A stretch of DNA of 32,000 nucleotides, from contig NZ_AP023215.1 of NCBI RefSeq assembly GCF_016593155.1, positions 420,001-452,000 of the forward strand, in the 5' to 3' direction. The position numbers and the translations under genes are program-made. Origin of the DNA: Candidatus Saccharimonadota bacterium. GTDB lineage: Bacteria > Pseudomonadota > Gammaproteobacteria > Burkholderiales > Burkholderiaceae. Positions within the stretch are counted from its first letter, which is position 1. Every line of letters begins with the position of its first letter. Shown here in pieces: positions 20,669 to 30,600 of this stretch. Under the pieces are notes generated by a model. The model had not been told where the DNA came from. It saw nothing but the letters and a program-made list of their open reading frames with translations, and ran no database searches.

Positions 20669-21544
20669 TTATAAAATACTATTTTTTAATAAATTTTTCA
20701 TTTTTTTAAAAGCAACTGTTTCAATTTGACGAATACGTTCTGCGGATACACTAAATTCTTTAGCTAATTCATGTAATGTAGAATTATTTTCATTAACTAA
20801 CCAACGAGCTTTTACAATACGACGTGAACGTATATCTAATTTATTTAATGCACTTTTTAATTTTTTATTGTATTGTAATGATTCTATTATTTTTATTGGT
20901 TCAGTAGTTTCTAAAGATAAATAAAAAATTAAAGAAAGTTTATCATTATTATTAGATAAATAATCCATTGTTATATCTTTTCCAGATAATCTTGTTTCCA
21001 TTTCAATTACATCTTTTCGTTTTACGTCCAATGTTTCGGCTAGTAAATCTATTTGTTTTGAAGTCATTGAATTTAAATTTTCTTTATGATTGCGTAAATT
21101 AAAAAACAGTTTACGTTGTGATTTAGTGGTTGCTATTTTAACTAAACGACAATTTTTTAAAATATATTCATGTATTTCAGCTCTAATCCAATGTATAGCA
21201 TAAGATGCCAATCGAACACCTTGATCAGGGTTAAAGCGCTTAACCGCTTTCATTAAACCAATATTTCCCTCTTGAATCAAATCAGAATGCAAAAAACTAT
21301 AACCTAAATATTTTTTTGAAATTGAAACTACTAATCTTAAGTGAGATAATATTATTTTTTGTGCAGCATTTAAATTATTTTTTTTTTGTAAATCGTAAGC
21401 TAAAGATATTTCTTCATCATAAGATAATATTGGTAAATTATTTACTGTTTTAATATATTTGTCAATATTACCTAAAGTACCAAAAAATTTACAAGCTAAA
21501 TAACTATTATTAATAATAAGAGAATTATTAGTTGTGTATTTCAT
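20669..21544 (-). CDS. rpoH: RNA polymerase sigma-32 (heat-shock sigma factor)
   Basis: 291 aa with sigma-70 regions 2-4 (DLIQEGNIGLMKAVKRF..) and the diagnostic RpoH box TKSQRKLFFNLR. Confidence 0.93.
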   Translation of the reverse strand: MKYTTNNSLIINNSYLACKFFGTLGNIDKYIKTVNNLPILSYDEEISLAYDLQKKNNLNAAQKIILSHLRLVVSISKKYLGYSFLHSDLIQEGNIGLMKAVKRFNPDQGVRLASYAIHWIRAEIHEYILKNCRLVKIATTKSQRKLFFNLRNHKENLNSMTSKQIDLLAETLDVKRKDVIEMETRLSGKDITMDYLSNNNDKLSLIFYLSLETTEPIKIIESLQYNKKLKSALNKLDIRSRRIVKARWLVNENNSTLHELAKEFSVSAERIRQIETVAFKKMKNLLKNSIL

Positions 21545-21662
21545 TAAAATTCCTTATTTTATAAAAAAATATTAATTTTTAGCTTTTAAAAAAATTTAAT
21601 TATATATTTATAGTAAAATATATAGTAAGTTTATTTTTTATAAATTAGAAATTTATATTAAT

Positions 21663-22247
21663 TTAATATTTAGGGTTTAAATTTTTAGATTCACTCCATA
21701 ATCTATTAAATTCTAGTAAAAATTTTTCAGAAACATTTGGTTTATTACGGAAATAAATTACATTCTCCGCATTACGATTCATTGCATTTTGTGTATAATT
21801 TAAGGATCCAGTTTCAACTGATTTATGATCAATAATTATAAATTTATTATGCATAATTGCATAATTATTATTTAATCTTATTGGTATATTATTATTTGCT
21901 AAATAAGTTACGGCAGTATATTTTCCGCTATTAGCTTTTTTATCAGCAATTATTCGTATGTTAATTCCTTTTTTATAAGACTTAACAAGAATTGTTGAGA
22001 TATCTTTGTTTGTAAAAGAATATGCTGCAATTTCAATTGATTTTTTTGCTTCTTTAATTGCATTTAAAATGATTGTTTTTGCATTTCCTGGTGAAAATCC
22101 AACTTCTATATTATCATTATGATTAAAAATATTAGAATTACTAAAAATAGGTAATGTTAAAAAAAAAATTAAAAGAATAATTGTTATTTTTTTAATTATT
22201 TTATTTGGAAATGTTAAATTTTTAAATTTTTTATTTGAAATAAACAT
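21663..22247 (-). CDS. Phospholipase D-superfamily protein, Nuc-like single-HKD endonuclease with N-terminal signal/anchor
   Basis: 194 aa. A hydrophobic N-terminus (KKITIILLIFFLTLPIFSNSN) is followed by a single HKD motif, MHNKFIIIDHKSVETGSLNYTQNAMNRNAENVIYF. Size and layout resemble the periplasmic Nuc endonuclease family. Confidence 0.75.
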   Translation of the reverse strand: MFISNKKFKNLTFPNKIIKKITIILLIFFLTLPIFSNSNIFNHNDNIEVGFSPGNAKTIILNAIKEAKKSIEIAAYSFTNKDISTILVKSYKKGINIRIIADKKANSGKYTAVTYLANNNIPIRLNNNYAIMHNKFIIIDHKSVETGSLNYTQNAMNRNAENVIYFRNKPNVSEKFLLEFNRLWSESKNLNPKY

Positions 22248-22311
22248 TTTTATAATTTATAAATTAATTTTATAAAAGATTTATTATATTATTCTTTGGG
22301 ATTTATAAAAA

Positions 22312-22572
22312 TTATTTTGTAGTTTTTGATCCTATAGCTCCATATTTTCTTCTAAATTTTTCTACACGTCCTGTTGTATCAATAATTTTATGTTTTCCTG
22401 TGTAAAATGGATGTGATTCTGATGAGATTTCAATTTTTACAAGAGGATATATTTTTCCTTGAAATTTAATAGTATTAGATGTCTTAATAGTAGAGCGAAT
22501 AATAAATTTAAAATCATTTGAAACATCATGAAAAAGTGTTTCTATATATTTTGGATGAATATTTTTTTTCAT
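22312..22572 (-). CDS. rpmE2: 50S ribosomal protein L31, type B (no Zn-binding cysteines)
   Basis: MKKNIHPKY......HPFYTGK.KI.DT.GRVEKF..KYG. There is no CxxC motif. Confidence 0.9.
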   Translation of the reverse strand: MKKNIHPKYIETLFHDVSNDFKFIIRSTIKTSNTIKFQGKIYPLVKIEISSESHPFYTGKHKIIDTTGRVEKFRRKYGAIGSKTTK

Positions 22573-22641
22573 ATTTTATAGGTATTTTTATAAGTATATA
22601 AGTTTATAAGACTTTAAATTAAAAAAGTATTTTGTATTTGT

Positions 22642-23865
22642 TTATCCTCGTTTCATCATATTAAAAAAATCATAGTTATTTTTTGTTGATTTCATTTTAT
22701 CTAAAAAAAATTCCATTGCCTCCATTTCATCCATGCTATATAACAATTTTCGTAATACCCAAATTTTTTGTAATTGATTATTTTTAATTAATAATTCTTC
22801 GCGACGAGTACCAGATTTATTTAAGTTTATGGCTGGATAAACTCTTTTTTCCGCTAAACGACGCTCTAAGTGAACTTCCATATTACCTGTTCCTTTAAAT
22901 TCTTCATATATAACATCATCCATTCGACTACCGGTTTCAATTAATGCGGTTGCAATAATAGTTAATGAACCACCTTCTTCAATATTTCGAGCTGCTCCAA
23001 AAAAACGTTTAGGCCTCTGTAATGCGTTAGCATCTACTCCTCCTGTAAGTACTTTTCCTGAAGCTGGAATAATGGTATTATAAGCGCGAGCTAATCTAGT
23101 TATTGAATCTAGTAAAATTATTACATCTTTTTTCATCTCAACCAAACGTTTGGCTTTTTCTAAAACCATTTCAGCAACTTGTATATGACGATAAGCTGGT
23201 TCATCGAAGGTTGAGGCAATAACTTCTCCTTTTACGGAACGTTGCATTTCTGTGACTTCTTCAGGTCTTTCGTCAATTAACATTACAATCATTATAGCTT
23301 CTGAATGATTAGTGGTAATTGCATGAGCAATATGTTGTAATATTATAGATTTTCCAGATTTTGGTGACGCAACTAGTAAACCACGTTGACCTTTTCCGAT
23401 TGGTGCTATTAAATCAATAATTCTTCCGGTAATATTTTCTTTACTTTCTATATTTCGCTCTAATAATAATAATTGTTTTGGATGTAATGGAGTTAAATTT
23501 TCAAATAAAATTCTATTTTTTGAGGATTCCGGTTTTTCTCCATTAATTTTCTCTATTTTTATTAAAGCAAAATAACGTTCTCCATTCTTTGGAATTCTTA
23601 CCTCACCTTCTACGAAATCTCCGGTATGTAAATTAAATCGACGTATTTGAGAAGGTGATAAATATATATCATCTACAGAGGCCATATAATTACTATCCGG
23701 TGAGCGTAAAAACCCAAAACCATCTGGCAAAATTTCTAATGAACCATTACCAAATATTTGTTCTCCAGTTTTTGCTCTTTTTTTTAAAATTGCAAACATT
23801 AACTCCTGCTTACGTAAACGTGTGACATTATTAGCTTTTAAATCAAACGCTATTTTTAATACCAT
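22642..23865 (-). CDS. rho: Transcription termination factor Rho (N-terminus about 13 aa shorter than the ancestral frame)
   Basis: 407 aa: [34 protein letters not shown], the P-loop ASPKSGKS, and [10 protein letters not shown]. See the finding on the eroded 5' end. Confidence 0.93.
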   Translation of the reverse strand: MVLKIAFDLKANNVTRLRKQELMFAILKKRAKTGEQIFGNGSLEILPDGFGFLRSPDSNYMASVDDIYLSPSQIRRFNLHTGDFVEGEVRIPKNGERYFALIKIEKINGEKPESSKNRILFENLTPLHPKQLLLLERNIESKENITGRIIDLIAPIGKGQRGLLVASPKSGKSIILQHIAHAITTNHSEAIMIVMLIDERPEEVTEMQRSVKGEVIASTFDEPAYRHIQVAEMVLEKAKRLVEMKKDVIILLDSITRLARAYNTIIPASGKVLTGGVDANALQRPKRFFGAARNIEEGGSLTIIATALIETGSRMDDVIYEEFKGTGNMEVHLERRLAEKRVYPAINLNKSGTRREELLIKNNQLQKIWVLRKLLYSMDEMEAMEFFLDKMKSTKNNYDFFNMMKRG

Positions 23866-24003
23866 AAAACATGTTGGAATACTTTTAATTCATATAAATG
23901 TATATTTTCAAATTATTTTTAGGACCTATATAAATAATAGAATACTATTTTAATATAAGTATACATTAGATTTAACAATAATGTCCTAAATATTCAGTAT
24001 ATG

Positions 24004-24330
24004 TTAAATATTACTATCAATAAAAGAAATTAATTGATTTTTTGTTAAAGATCCTACTTTTTGCGCAATATTTTTTCCATTTTTAAATAAAATTAATGTT
24101 GGAATTCCTCGAATATTAAATTTTTCTGGAATAATTTTATTTAAATCAACATTTATTTTAATAATTTTTATTTTATTTATGTATTCTTTACTAATTTCCT
24201 CAAGAATTATTGAAACTGTTTTACAAGGACTGCACCATTCTGCCCAGAAATCTACTAATACAGGTAAATTTGATTTTAATACATATTCATAGAAAGACGC
24301 ATCATTAATATCTTGGATATATTTAATCAT
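24004..24330 (-). CDS. trxA: Thioredoxin
   Basis: 108 aa: VLVDFWAEWCSPCK...GIPTLILFKNG. The active site reads CSPC rather than the usual CGPC. Confidence 0.9.
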   Translation of the reverse strand: MIKYIQDINDASFYEYVLKSNLPVLVDFWAEWCSPCKTVSIILEEISKEYINKIKIIKINVDLNKIIPEKFNIRGIPTLILFKNGKNIAQKVGSLTKNQLISFIDSNI

Positions 24331-24373
24331 TATTTTTCCTAAGATTGAATTTATTTAATATATAAAATTTCAA

Positions 24374-24692
24374 AATTATGTTATCTATTGTTTTATAATA
24401 TTTATTAATTAAGAATTGTTTTTATTAATTAAGAATTATGTTATCTATTGTTTTATAATATTTATTAATTAAGAATTGTTTTTATTAATTAAGAATTATG
24501 TTATCTATTGTTTTATAATATTTATTAATTAAGAATTATGTTATCTATTGTTTTATAATATTTATTAATTAAGAATTGTTTTTATTAATTAAGATATTTT
24601 TTTATAATTTAATTGATTTTATATATTTTAATTAAGAATTGTTTTTATTAATTAAGATATTTTTTTATAATTTAATTGATTTTATATATTTT
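24374..24692. repeat. Nested perfect tandem-repeat array (modules A40-B20-A-B-A-A-B-C36-aattaag-B-C)
   Basis: Module A is AATTATGTTATCTATTGTTTTATAATATTTATTAATTAAG, at 24374, 24434, 24494 and 24534. Module B is AATTGTTTTTATTAATTAAG, at 24414, 24474, 24574 and 24637. Module C is ATATTTTTTTATAATTTAATTGATTTTATATATTTT, at 24594 and 24657. All copies are identical by eye. The 13-mer TTTATTAATTAAG occurs 8 times. Confidence 0.95.
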
Positions 24693-24868
24693 TTATAATT
24701 TTTAAGGATTATATATATTCACAATTTTTGCGTATATATTCATAATTTTTATATATCTGTGTGAGTGTATACGTTTTTTTATTATTATAAAATATAAAGC
24801 TAAATTTTTTAAAATATTATTTTTATTCATATTTTTTACAAAAATATTAAATTTGAGTATTTATATCT

Positions 24869-27613
24869 ATGTTATATCCAGCATTAAGAATTCCTCCATC
24901 AACTTCATTCTGGTTCGATTCTATTAAAAAAATAATAAAACATTGTGAAGATTTACAAATAATTTTACCTAAAAAATATGATTTTTCGTCTTTTCGTGTT
25001 GTGGTTCCAAATTCTCTTCATATACAATGTTTTAAAAAATCATTTAATAAGATTTTATCTTCTAAAAATTATATTCCCCCATTTATTGGAACATTTGATA
25101 ATTGGTTAGAATTACAAGCATTTAATTTTGATTTTTTTTTTCCAATTCAAAATCATGAAAAATTACTATATTTATATTTGAAATTACAAAAAAATTATTT
25201 ATTAAAAAAAAATAATGTAAATAATAAAATTGATTTATTAATATTTTCTCGAGTATTAATCAAATTATTTCATGAACTAACTCAAGCGCTATTACCATCA
25301 ATTTATACATTAGATAAAATTAAAATTCGTTGGAAATCAGCTTTAAATTATTTATCGCCATTTGTACGTACTATATTAAAAGATGAAATTGAATTAATAT
25401 GGTCAATTTGGTGTGATCAAATTAAAAATGATGAAGCAGTATGGCGTTTTATAAATATACAAAAATTAATAATTGAAGTAGAGATGCCATTAATTTGGTT
25501 TACTTCTATTCAACCATCTCCAATTGAAATAAATTTTTTAAATAATTATAGTAAAAATTGTTCTGTATTACCTATAATAATAGATTGGTCTAAAATACCA
25601 TATTTATATTTTAAAGCTTGGCCGGAAATTCAATTATCAAAAACTGAATTTACTATAACTAAAAAAATTATATCTCCTTTATATAATGATGATAAAAATA
25701 TTAATACTCCGTCAAATATATCAATTTGTTCTTGTAATAGCTTAGAAGATATTGCTATACAAGGAGCTCAAAATATTATTAATTGGTTAATTTTAGGTTA
25801 TAAAAAAATCGCTATTATTGAATTAGATAGTTTAGTAGTACGTAGAATTTGTTCTTTATTGGAGCGATCAAAAGTTTTTGTTTTTAATAAGGTGGGATGT
25901 AAATTATCAAACACTAGTGCAGCGGCTTTTTTAATTAGTTTTTTTAATGTAATAGATGAACCGCAAAAATCTAATAAATTTTTAATTTTTTTAAAGTCAC
26001 CATATATTTTAAATGATATTTCAGATAAGAGTAATTATATATTAATAATTGAATCAATTTGTCGTGATATTATGGTTTTTAATAATTTAGATTTCGTTCT
26101 TACAAAATTAAAAAATATTAATTCAAATTTACATGAATTAATACAAAAAATAATAAATAAATATAAGAAATTAAATAGTAAATATTATTCTGTATCAAAA
26201 TGGAATTCTATAATTTTAAAATTTTTTTTAGAATTAAATATTGATAAAGTATTAGATACAAATGAATCAGGAAAACTTTTATTAAAAATTTTATCAAATA
26301 TGTATAAAAATATAGATTCATTATTTACATTTTTTGAATATAGAAAATTTATTGAATTACAAATGGATATGACAAGATTTATATCAAAATCAGATGATCA
26401 TCGTGTTATTGTGTTATCAATAAGTGATGTATATTTATTACGCTTTAATGCTATATTGATAGTTGGAATTGATATTAATAATTTTCCTTCCTTAGTAAAG
26501 GAAATTTTATTTTTTTCGAATACATTTCGAAAAAAATTAAAATTAAAGACAAATTATTCTTTACGTCAAAAACAATTACGCGAATTAACGGAACTATTAT
26601 GTTGTTGTGAAAAAATTATGTTACTTTGGCAAATATATAAAAATTCAGAATTAAACTTTATTAGTCCTTTAATTGAGCGCTTACAATTAATATTAAATTT
26701 CTCTGAAAAAAAATTAAGAACATATCGCTCTGAAATAAGTTTATATAATATAAAATCAATTCCTATAAACCCTCCTCTTCCGAGTTGTAGTGAATTACTT
26801 CCCAATAAAATATCTATTACTAGTTATAATAATTTTATAGCATGTCCTTATAAATTTTTTGCACAGAATATGCTTAATTTAAATTCTATTAATAATTTTT
26901 ATAATATTCCCCAAAAATATCATTACGGAAATTGGGTGCATAAAATTCTTTTTTTATATCATAGTTCATTAAATAGCTCAAAAAAAATAATTTCTTTAGA
27001 TGAGCGTTTTAAATTATTAAATTTAATTTCGGAAAAAATATTTAAGGAAGCTATAAAAATTTGTCCAGTTTCCTTAAATTACTACATTTTTTGGAAAAAA
27101 TCTATTCAATGTTATTTAAAATGGTCTTATGCTCATGAATCTTTTGGTTGGAATTTTATATTTGGTGAAAAAAAATATAAAAAAACTTTATTTTTATTTA
27201 ATAACAAAAAAATAACATTATATGGTCGTATTGATCGTATTGATAAAAATAATATAAATGATAAATATCTGATATTAGATTATAAAACTAGTGACTATAA
27301 TTCTTTACGAAAAAAAATATACAATAATGAGGATTATCAATTACTGCTTTATAAATTTTTATTAGAAAAAAACGTAAATATTTCTAAGTATCATGCTCAA
27401 TATATTGTATTAAGTAGTAAACAAATAAAAATAATAGATATTCCTGAAAATATATTAAATTCTATTACAACGAAAATATTAATATCAAAAATAAAAAAGC
27501 AAATGCATTCAATTGCAACTGGAGCACCATTACCTGCTTTAGGGGTTGAATCAATTTGTCGTTTTTGTAATATGAAAGGTTTATGTAGAAAAAAAGAATG
27601 GTTAATAAATTAG
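24869..27613 (+). CDS. addB: AddB-like helicase-nuclease subunit (PD-(D/E)XK nuclease with Fe-S cysteines)
   Basis: 914 aa, immediately upstream of addA. The C-terminal RecB-family nuclease has YGRIDRIDK...LILDYKTS. Four cysteines are arranged as in iron-staple nucleases (CPYKFF ... CRFCNMKGLC). The N-terminal two-thirds are divergent and lack clear helicase motifs, as in proteobacterial AddB. Confidence 0.75.
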   Translation: MLYPALRIPPSTSFWFDSIKKIIKHCEDLQIILPKKYDFSSFRVVVPNSLHIQCFKKSFNKILSSKNYIPPFIGTFDNWLELQAFNFDFFFPIQNHEKLLYLYLKLQKNYLLKKNNVNNKIDLLIFSRVLIKLFHELTQALLPSIYTLDKIKIRWKSALNYLSPFVRTILKDEIELIWSIWCDQIKNDEAVWRFINIQKLIIEVEMPLIWFTSIQPSPIEINFLNNYSKNCSVLPIIIDWSKIPYLYFKAWPEIQLSKTEFTITKKIISPLYNDDKNINTPSNISICSCNSLEDIAIQGAQNIINWLILGYKKIAIIELDSLVVRRICSLLERSKVFVFNKVGCKLSNTSAAAFLISFFNVIDEPQKSNKFLIFLKSPYILNDISDKSNYILIIESICRDIMVFNNLDFVLTKLKNINSNLHELIQKIINKYKKLNSKYYSVSKWNSIILKFFLELNIDKVLDTNESGKLLLKILSNMYKNIDSLFTFFEYRKFIELQMDMTRFISKSDDHRVIVLSISDVYLLRFNAILIVGIDINNFPSLVKEILFFSNTFRKKLKLKTNYSLRQKQLRELTELLCCCEKIMLLWQIYKNSELNFISPLIERLQLILNFSEKKLRTYRSEISLYNIKSIPINPPLPSCSELLPNKISITSYNNFIACPYKFFAQNMLNLNSINNFYNIPQKYHYGNWVHKILFLYHSSLNSSKKIISLDERFKLLNLISEKIFKEAIKICPVSLNYYIFWKKSIQCYLKWSYAHESFGWNFIFGEKKYKKTLFLFNNKKITLYGRIDRIDKNNINDKYLILDYKTSDYNSLRKKIYNNEDYQLLLYKFLLEKNVNISKYHAQYIVLSSKQIKIIDIPENILNSITTKILISKIKKQMHSIATGAPLPALGVESICRFCNMKGLCRKKEWLIN

Positions 27614-27639
27614 TAATATAAAATTATAAAAATAAAATA

Positions 27640-30600
27640 ATGAATAAAAAAATACAAAAACTCTCAGAAGCGTCCTATGAAATTAATGGTATTTCATCAG
27701 AAATTCAATCTTTTATTAATATATCCTGTAACCCGAAATATTCAGTAATAGTAGAAGCTTGCGCTGGTAGTGGTAAAACTTGGTTACTTGTTAATCGTAT
27801 ATTACATATTTTACTAAATGGCGCTGAAACATCTGAAATATTAGCGATTACATTTACTAATAAAGCAGCTAAAGAAATACTTAAACGTTTAATGAATTTA
27901 TTAAAAGAGCTTTCTTTATCTTCTGATGAAAAAATTTCAATATTATTATATGAACGGGGAATATCTGAAAAAAAAATATTAAAATTTATCCCATTAGCTC
28001 GTAATTTATATCAAAAATTAATAATAAAAAATCAAAATTTATCGATTTATACATTTCATGGTTGGTTTGCTTATTTAATGCAAATAACACCTTTATTTTT
28101 TAAATCAATTCGTGGATATAAATTAATAGAATTTACTGGAAAAATTATGGAGGATGCGTATAATCAATTAATAACATTAGTTAGTAAATCTAAAGACGAA
28201 TCTATTATTAAAAAATCTTTAATAATATTATATGATCTTGTTGGAACTAGTAATGAAAATATTCGTAAATTACTTAATATATTTATTGATAAGCGAGTTG
28301 AATGGTGGATATTATCTCGCAACAATAAAAATAATGCTATAGAAATTTTACGTAAATTAATGGGTAAGGATAGCAAATTAGATGCTCGTTTTTCTTTATG
28401 GAAGAACTCCTCTAAGATTAGTGATATTAATGTAATAGTTCATTTATTAAAAAAAGGTTCTTTAATTAATAAAAAACGTGCTTTAATTATTGAAAAAATA
28501 TTATTATCTAATCCGAGTGCTAATAATTTTTCTATTTTAACAAATCAATTTTTTGATAAAAATGGTAAATTGCGCTCTAATTTAAAAACTAAAGATTTAA
28601 AAAATGAATTAGTAAGATATTTTAAAAGTGATGAGTTATTATCAGTTAATAAATTTGATATAAAATTTAAAAAAATCGCGGAATATTTGAAAGAATTATT
28701 AAAGCGAAGCAAAGAATCTTCAATATTATTAATAAATAAAGCACTTTTTAAGTTAGGTAACATATATCTTAATATTTATCAAAAAATAAAATTTAAAAAA
28801 CGTGTAATAGATTTTTCTGATCTTGAATGGAAAATTTATTGTTTATTTACTGATAATAATCATGTTATTTATTTGCAAAATAGATTAAATACTTTATATA
28901 AATATATTTTACTAGATGAATTTCAGGATACTAGTCCATTGCAATGGATTATTATTAAATCTTGGATAGAAAAGTATAATATAAAAAAAATAAAACCATC
29001 AATATTTATCGTGGGAGATCCAAAGCAATCAATTTATCGATTTCGTCATGCTGATCCACGTATATTTACTGCGGCTTGTAAATTATTAAAAAAACGTAAT
29101 GCTTTTGTTTTACGAGCTAATCGAACTTGGCGTAATTCTATAGATTTAATTAATGTATTTAATCTTAGTTTTAAAAAAAATCCAATTTATACCAAACAAA
29201 CTACTTGTTGCAAAAATATAGGAAATGTATGGAGACTTCCATTAGTAACAAATACATTTTTTTTTGAAAAGAATATTAATAAAAATATATTAAAAAATAA
29301 TATTTATAATAATTCACCGGATAATTTTTATGAAGAAGAGGATGATTTTCATAAAAAAGAAGGAAAAATGATAGCTCAAATATTATTATATTTAAAAAAA
29401 AATTTTTCAATAAATAATACTAAATCTTATAATACTAAAAATAATAGAAATTTAATATGGTCAGATGTAATTATTTTAATAAGAAAACGTACACATTTGT
29501 TATCATATGAAAGTGCATTACGTTACTTTGGAATTCCATTTATATCAGATAAACGAAATGGTTTACTTGAATCTCTAGAAATAACTGATTTAATTGCATT
29601 ATTAAAATTTTTGAATATACCAAGTGATTCTTTATCATTAGCGCATGTATTAAAAAGTCCTATTTCAGGATCTTCTGATGAAGATTTAATTATATTAGCA
29701 AAACGTTCAGAAAAAACTTGGTGGAAACGTTTACAAGCTATATGTAAGGATAATATCGAATTATTTTCTTTGAAAAGAATTTATAATTTATTAAAAAAAT
29801 GGTTAGCAATTTCTTTAAATTTGCCTGTATGTAATTTACTGGACATTATTTTATATGAAGGAAAAATAATTAAACGTTATATTCAATATACAGCGGAATT
29901 TAAAAGAAATCAAGTAATTGGTAATATTTATAAATTTTTAGAATTATCTTTTAAATTAAATCTTAATAATTATATTACTTTATCAAAATTTATAGATATA
30001 TTATCAAATTTAGACGATAAAGTGGAAAATAATTCTCCAAGTGAAGAAAAAGTTAATGCATACGTTAATGCGGTGCGTATTTTAACCGTGCATAGCGCAA
30101 AAGGATTAGAGGCGCCAGTAGTGATTATTTTGGATGCAAATCACAGTAAACAGAATTCCGATAAGATTGGTATTTTATGTAATTGGCCTCAAAATAAATT
30201 AAAACCAGAACATTTTTCTGTATATTCTCATGAAAAAGGAATGGCTCGTAATATTTTATTTAAAAGAGAGAAAAAATTTAAAGAACAAGAAGATTGGAAT
30301 TTATATTATGTTGCATTAACTCGAGCTAAACAATTACTTATTATTAGTGGAGTTAGAGATAAAAATAAAACAAATGGATTGATATTAAATAGTTGGTATG
30401 AGCGCTTAAAAGGAGCAACTGATTTATCTATTAATTTTTTAGAAAATATAATAAATAATTCTTCAAAATTAATAAATTTATATAACTCAAATTTTAAGGA
30501 AAGTAATAAAATTATTTTTTCATTATTTGAATCACCTTGCTTAGAACTTAAAAATAAATCAATAATTAACATTGCTCATGATAAAATTAACATAGATAAA

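Noticed and set aside
24374-24692. The tandem array read as a CRISPR array, an oriC/iteron cluster or a mobile-element end.
   Set aside because: Repeat modules abut directly with no unique spacers, and there are no cas genes. There is no consensus DnaA box (TTATCCACA), the nearest being TTATCTATT, and no dnaA/dnaN/rep gene nearby. There are no inverted terminal repeats, transposase or target duplication.
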